64,000 nt of DNA from Carcharhinus longimanus. Lineage: Eukaryota. Both the position numbers and the translations under genes were made by a program. This document shows positions 60,385 through 64,000 of this stretch, piece after piece. The number at the start of each line of letters is the position of its first letter. The first letter of the stretch is position 1. The DNA lies in the NCBI GenBank assembly GCA_030264375.1, contig JASCQW010000112.1:40907899-40971898 (forward strand), written 5' to 3'. Below the pieces are notes generated by a model. It was given only the letters and a program-made list of their open reading frames with translations, was not told where the DNA came from and searched no databases.

Positions 60385-62199
60385 CAGAATGTACTGGAGA
60401 AGTTGAGTCTACCAATTAAATGAGGATCTCAAACAGTAGGGTTGGAGGGTAACTGTTATGGAAGTGGATGAAGGCAAGCTCTGTGATTATGGAATTTTAC
60501 ATTCAGCTTTGGGTCACGGTTGTGAGCCATCGGATTCAACCTAAGCAAGCAGCTGGGAACAGGAATCGAATTGAGGTCAATGGGATGGTGTTTCCAGTGG
60601 GAGCTGAAAAAGTTCCGTCTTGCCAGTTCAGATGGAGGCAGTTCTGGATCCCCCAGAAGCAAGTTAATACATTTGTCTTTGTTATATTAGAAGAGAAATA
60701 TCATGCAGTCATTATTGTTCCTTTTAAAAATCCATGTGACTGTGTGTTTTCATAAAACGCATATTTGTAGAAGATCGTTCACAAGCAGCTGTTATCCAAA
60801 ACTGGCCTGAACTTGGGAAAATCAAGTGGAACTTAAATTACTTTCAGACTCTTAGCAAGTTCTTCCAGATGTATGACGAGCTTGTGGTCTGCAGTTAGAA
60901 ATAATCATTACATAACATGTGTTTTATTATTTTCTGTGTGCCTTCACAAATGAATGTAAAATTCTATAGGAACGAGCATCACAATTAACATTATTTTTAA
61001 TTTGAACCCTGCCATAAATCAGCTATATTCACATCGTACCTGTGCAGCCTGCTGCATAGAATTGTTTCTTTCTCCATTCAGGTGACATTGAATTTGAATG
61101 AGACAATTTAAAGCTTTTTATAATTATCTAGAATCCCAGAGATAATGTTTGTACAGTCATTGTATGTTGCTAATAGAGGATTACCTATTGGAGTCCCCAT
61201 CAATCATAATCCTTACTTCTCCATTACCCCTTGACCAAACCTTCCCTCCTCAGTGCCAAGCTCCCCACCTCTCCCAATGCAGAAGCACTAATAAACCCTT
61301 TCTAAACCCATTGTTATTGAAATCTGTGGAGCACTGTTGGATTCTACTCCCAGCATTTAGAGCACCATTGCACACACTCCCTAACCTGATCATCATAATC
61401 TCTCAGTTTCCCAGTTTTGCTAAAGGGTTCCCCAAGGTTTCCTGTTTCCTGCCTGTGGGCAGGGAACCCGCTCAAAGCAGCCCTGCAGTTATGACAGAAC
61501 AACGGGGAAAACTGTTCTTCTGCATTTCCAACTTCACAACAAAAGTAAACCATCACCATTCCCCCCCCCCGCCATCCCACTCTCAATTCATTAGCTAAAA
61601 TCCAGGTCTATGTTCTTGAAGAAAATTATCCCACACATTATGAAAACAAGAAGCCACTAGTACCAGCCTATTTTTGAGGAAAACGTTTTTGATCCTTTGT
61701 AACTTTGAGGGGAAGAAAAATTTGATATCCAGTGTTCCTTATTGTGTGTTCGCTGCAGGGCTGTAGGTTCTGAACAATATTTCAATGGCAAGTCATGATT
61801 TTGAATGATATTTAAAATCCACTTGGGATTTTGCACTTATAATCAGAGAAATTCTAGGCTATCAATAGTTTTTCTCTTCATTGTTTTTCACCTTCCTCTT
61901 TGTCTTACCAGCAATGTGTGCTCACTATTAAACAGGAATCACTGGGTGGCAACCAGGAGCAAGATTCCTGTTCACTTGTTCCCCAGCAACAAGAGCATTG
62001 GCTAGCGATTGAAACTAATTCCCCACATATCTTTTTTGTTAAATACTTGGGATATGTTGCTATGCTGAAGACACTGATTAAGTGCAATTTGATGTGTAGA
62101 TGTTGACGAGGCGTTTTGCAACTTTGGCACCTTTTTAATCCTGACCTGAGCTTGTGATCGCATATTCTGCCTATTACAGAGACTGCTTAATTCTACCTT

Positions 62200-62430
62200 T
62201 GTGACGTTGCCCAATTTCTCACCAGCTTGGCTCATCTGCTACTGAAACACTCATTCATACTTTGGTTAGGCCTTGACTCACCTATTACATTGTTCTGTTG
62301 ACCAGGCTCCTACCTTGCACAATATATCAACTTGAACTCGTTCAAATTTCTATTGCCTGTATCTTAACTTGTACCAAGTCCCATGTCACCCACCACCTCT
62401 ATGCTTACTGATCTATATTTTGCTCCTCGT
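62200..62430 (+). mobile_element. L2 LINE ORF2 C-terminal fragment
   Basis: SSATETLIHT...LPCTIYQLELVQISIACILTCTKS resembles the L2 'ETLIHAFVTSRLDY...LQLIQNSAARILT' motif. Confidence 0.65.
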
Positions 62431-64000
62431 CTGACAAGATTCTGAGTTTTGAAGGAATCCAGCTTGCAATATTAGACATTAAAATGAAATATAATAACAT
62501 TTTGCGTTGAATCTTTATCCAAGTCACAAAAACATACTTTGTTTTTCTGCTGTTATTGTAGACTTTTTCCCTTTGGGTACTTTCCAAACATTTCGTTTGT
62601 TTTGTTGTATCAAATCTGTCTACTTTTGTCTTGCGCTTTGCTGATTTGTGAATGCTTTCCTTAGTACTTGTTTAATGTTTGAATTAAGCTTTTTCTCCTT
62701 TGACAGTCATGACAATAGAGAAAAAATGTTGCCTCCACCCCAGTGAGGTAATTTTATCTTGTGTCTGAAACCTTCATAGCAGAGAGAACATACACCCATC
62801 AAGAGAGAATCAAATTCAGGTCTCAATGAATCCAGTGTTTCCAGTTAACTCCTGAACGGTTTCATTTTTCATTAGATTTATTTTAAATTGCTTTGATTTT
62901 GCAGGTACACGGCGAATGTAGCAGCATATTGTCTAGTTTTGAACATTGCCACTGTCTAAATTTAGCTTATGTAAGCTAACCCAAGAGAGTGTGTGTGATG
63001 AGTGTTGCAGAGCTAATGGCTTCAACCTAACATCTGTTTGCTGCCTAGGTATACAGCATACATCAACAAAATATTTTTAGTGACTGAAATAAAGTGTATT
63101 ATGATATACAGGATCTAAAACCCAGATTCACTGACTGATGAACCGTTTAACATGCAATGACTAAATTGTGTACAGAGGATGGTGAGGCGCGTTCAACACA
63201 GTTATTGGAAGCTGCTTCTGACTCTGAGTGGAAATTCCCCTGAGGCAAAAGCTGTTTACCATTTGCAGGGGAATTGAATTGCGCTGGTTTCATCAGATTT
63301 CTCTCGCAGTACAATGATATCTTCTGGGCTCCTGTGAACAAAAATAAATGACTGAGAAAGGGAGGCAAAACAATTGCAGTTTTGAATATTTTGTTACCTG
63401 CAACTGGCTTTGCAAAATCAAGTTATTGACATTTTTCAGCTGTTTAAAACAATTTAATCAGTCTCAAAAGAGATAATTAAACATAAATGGGAAAGAATGC
63501 AGACTAAATGCATTTTTTTTCTCATTTTTCTTTGTTCCCGAAATCATTGGCTATCCACCGAATTCCTGTTCCATGGGGTCCAGACACCTTTTGGGGTTTA
63601 TCTATAGCACCATTATTAATCTGAGAGCTTCAACAGTGAATGCTAGCAAGCACTGTAGTGAGGACAGGGGGGGGTGTGAAGTAGAGTGCAGAGTGGGGTG
63701 GAGGGGGGAGATGGGCGTCACTATATCCTATCCTATTCTCATTGAACAAGAGACTTAAACAAAAGTCACTTGATAGCTACCTAAGTGAGAATCGTGATGC
63801 TTTTTCTCCTTTCTAACCTATGACCATGAGGGCCCCTCTCTCATCATTCTGCTTTCCAGCAGCTAGCCAAACACAGACTGGGGAATCAGACTTGTATTAA
63901 CTTCCTGGTCTATATGGTGTTGCTACAGCTGGATAACCTTCCTGAGTCATTGATGCCCATAAAATTTCAAGGTTAAGAGAAACAATGCAGAGCAAACAAA

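Overview
Eukaryotic, AT-rich vertebrate genomic DNA from a gapped draft assembly. The repeat content (HE1/V-type and Deu-type SINEs, CR1/L2/RTE LINE relics, Penelope-like hairpins) points to a shark. The window holds one supportable protein-coding gene: the intronless IRF2BPL (EAP1) orthologue at 4325-6411 (+), in a CpG island with CRE, AP-1 and GC-box motifs upstream. The ORF track splits it in two only because of a 100-N gap whose flanks overlap by 4 bp. Removing the gap restores a 660-aa protein with an N-terminal C4 zinc finger and a C-terminal C3HC4 RING, and without the polyA/polyQ tracts of the human protein. The other ~57 kb is non-coding. It is nearly repeat-free up to ~18.8 kb, then rich in decayed and nested retroelements and MITE-like elements. 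I found no evidence of a previously undescribed biological system. The most useful observations are the assembly artefact in the gene, the repeat-free zone and several readable transposon rearrangements. All family assignments are from recalled motifs, not database searches.
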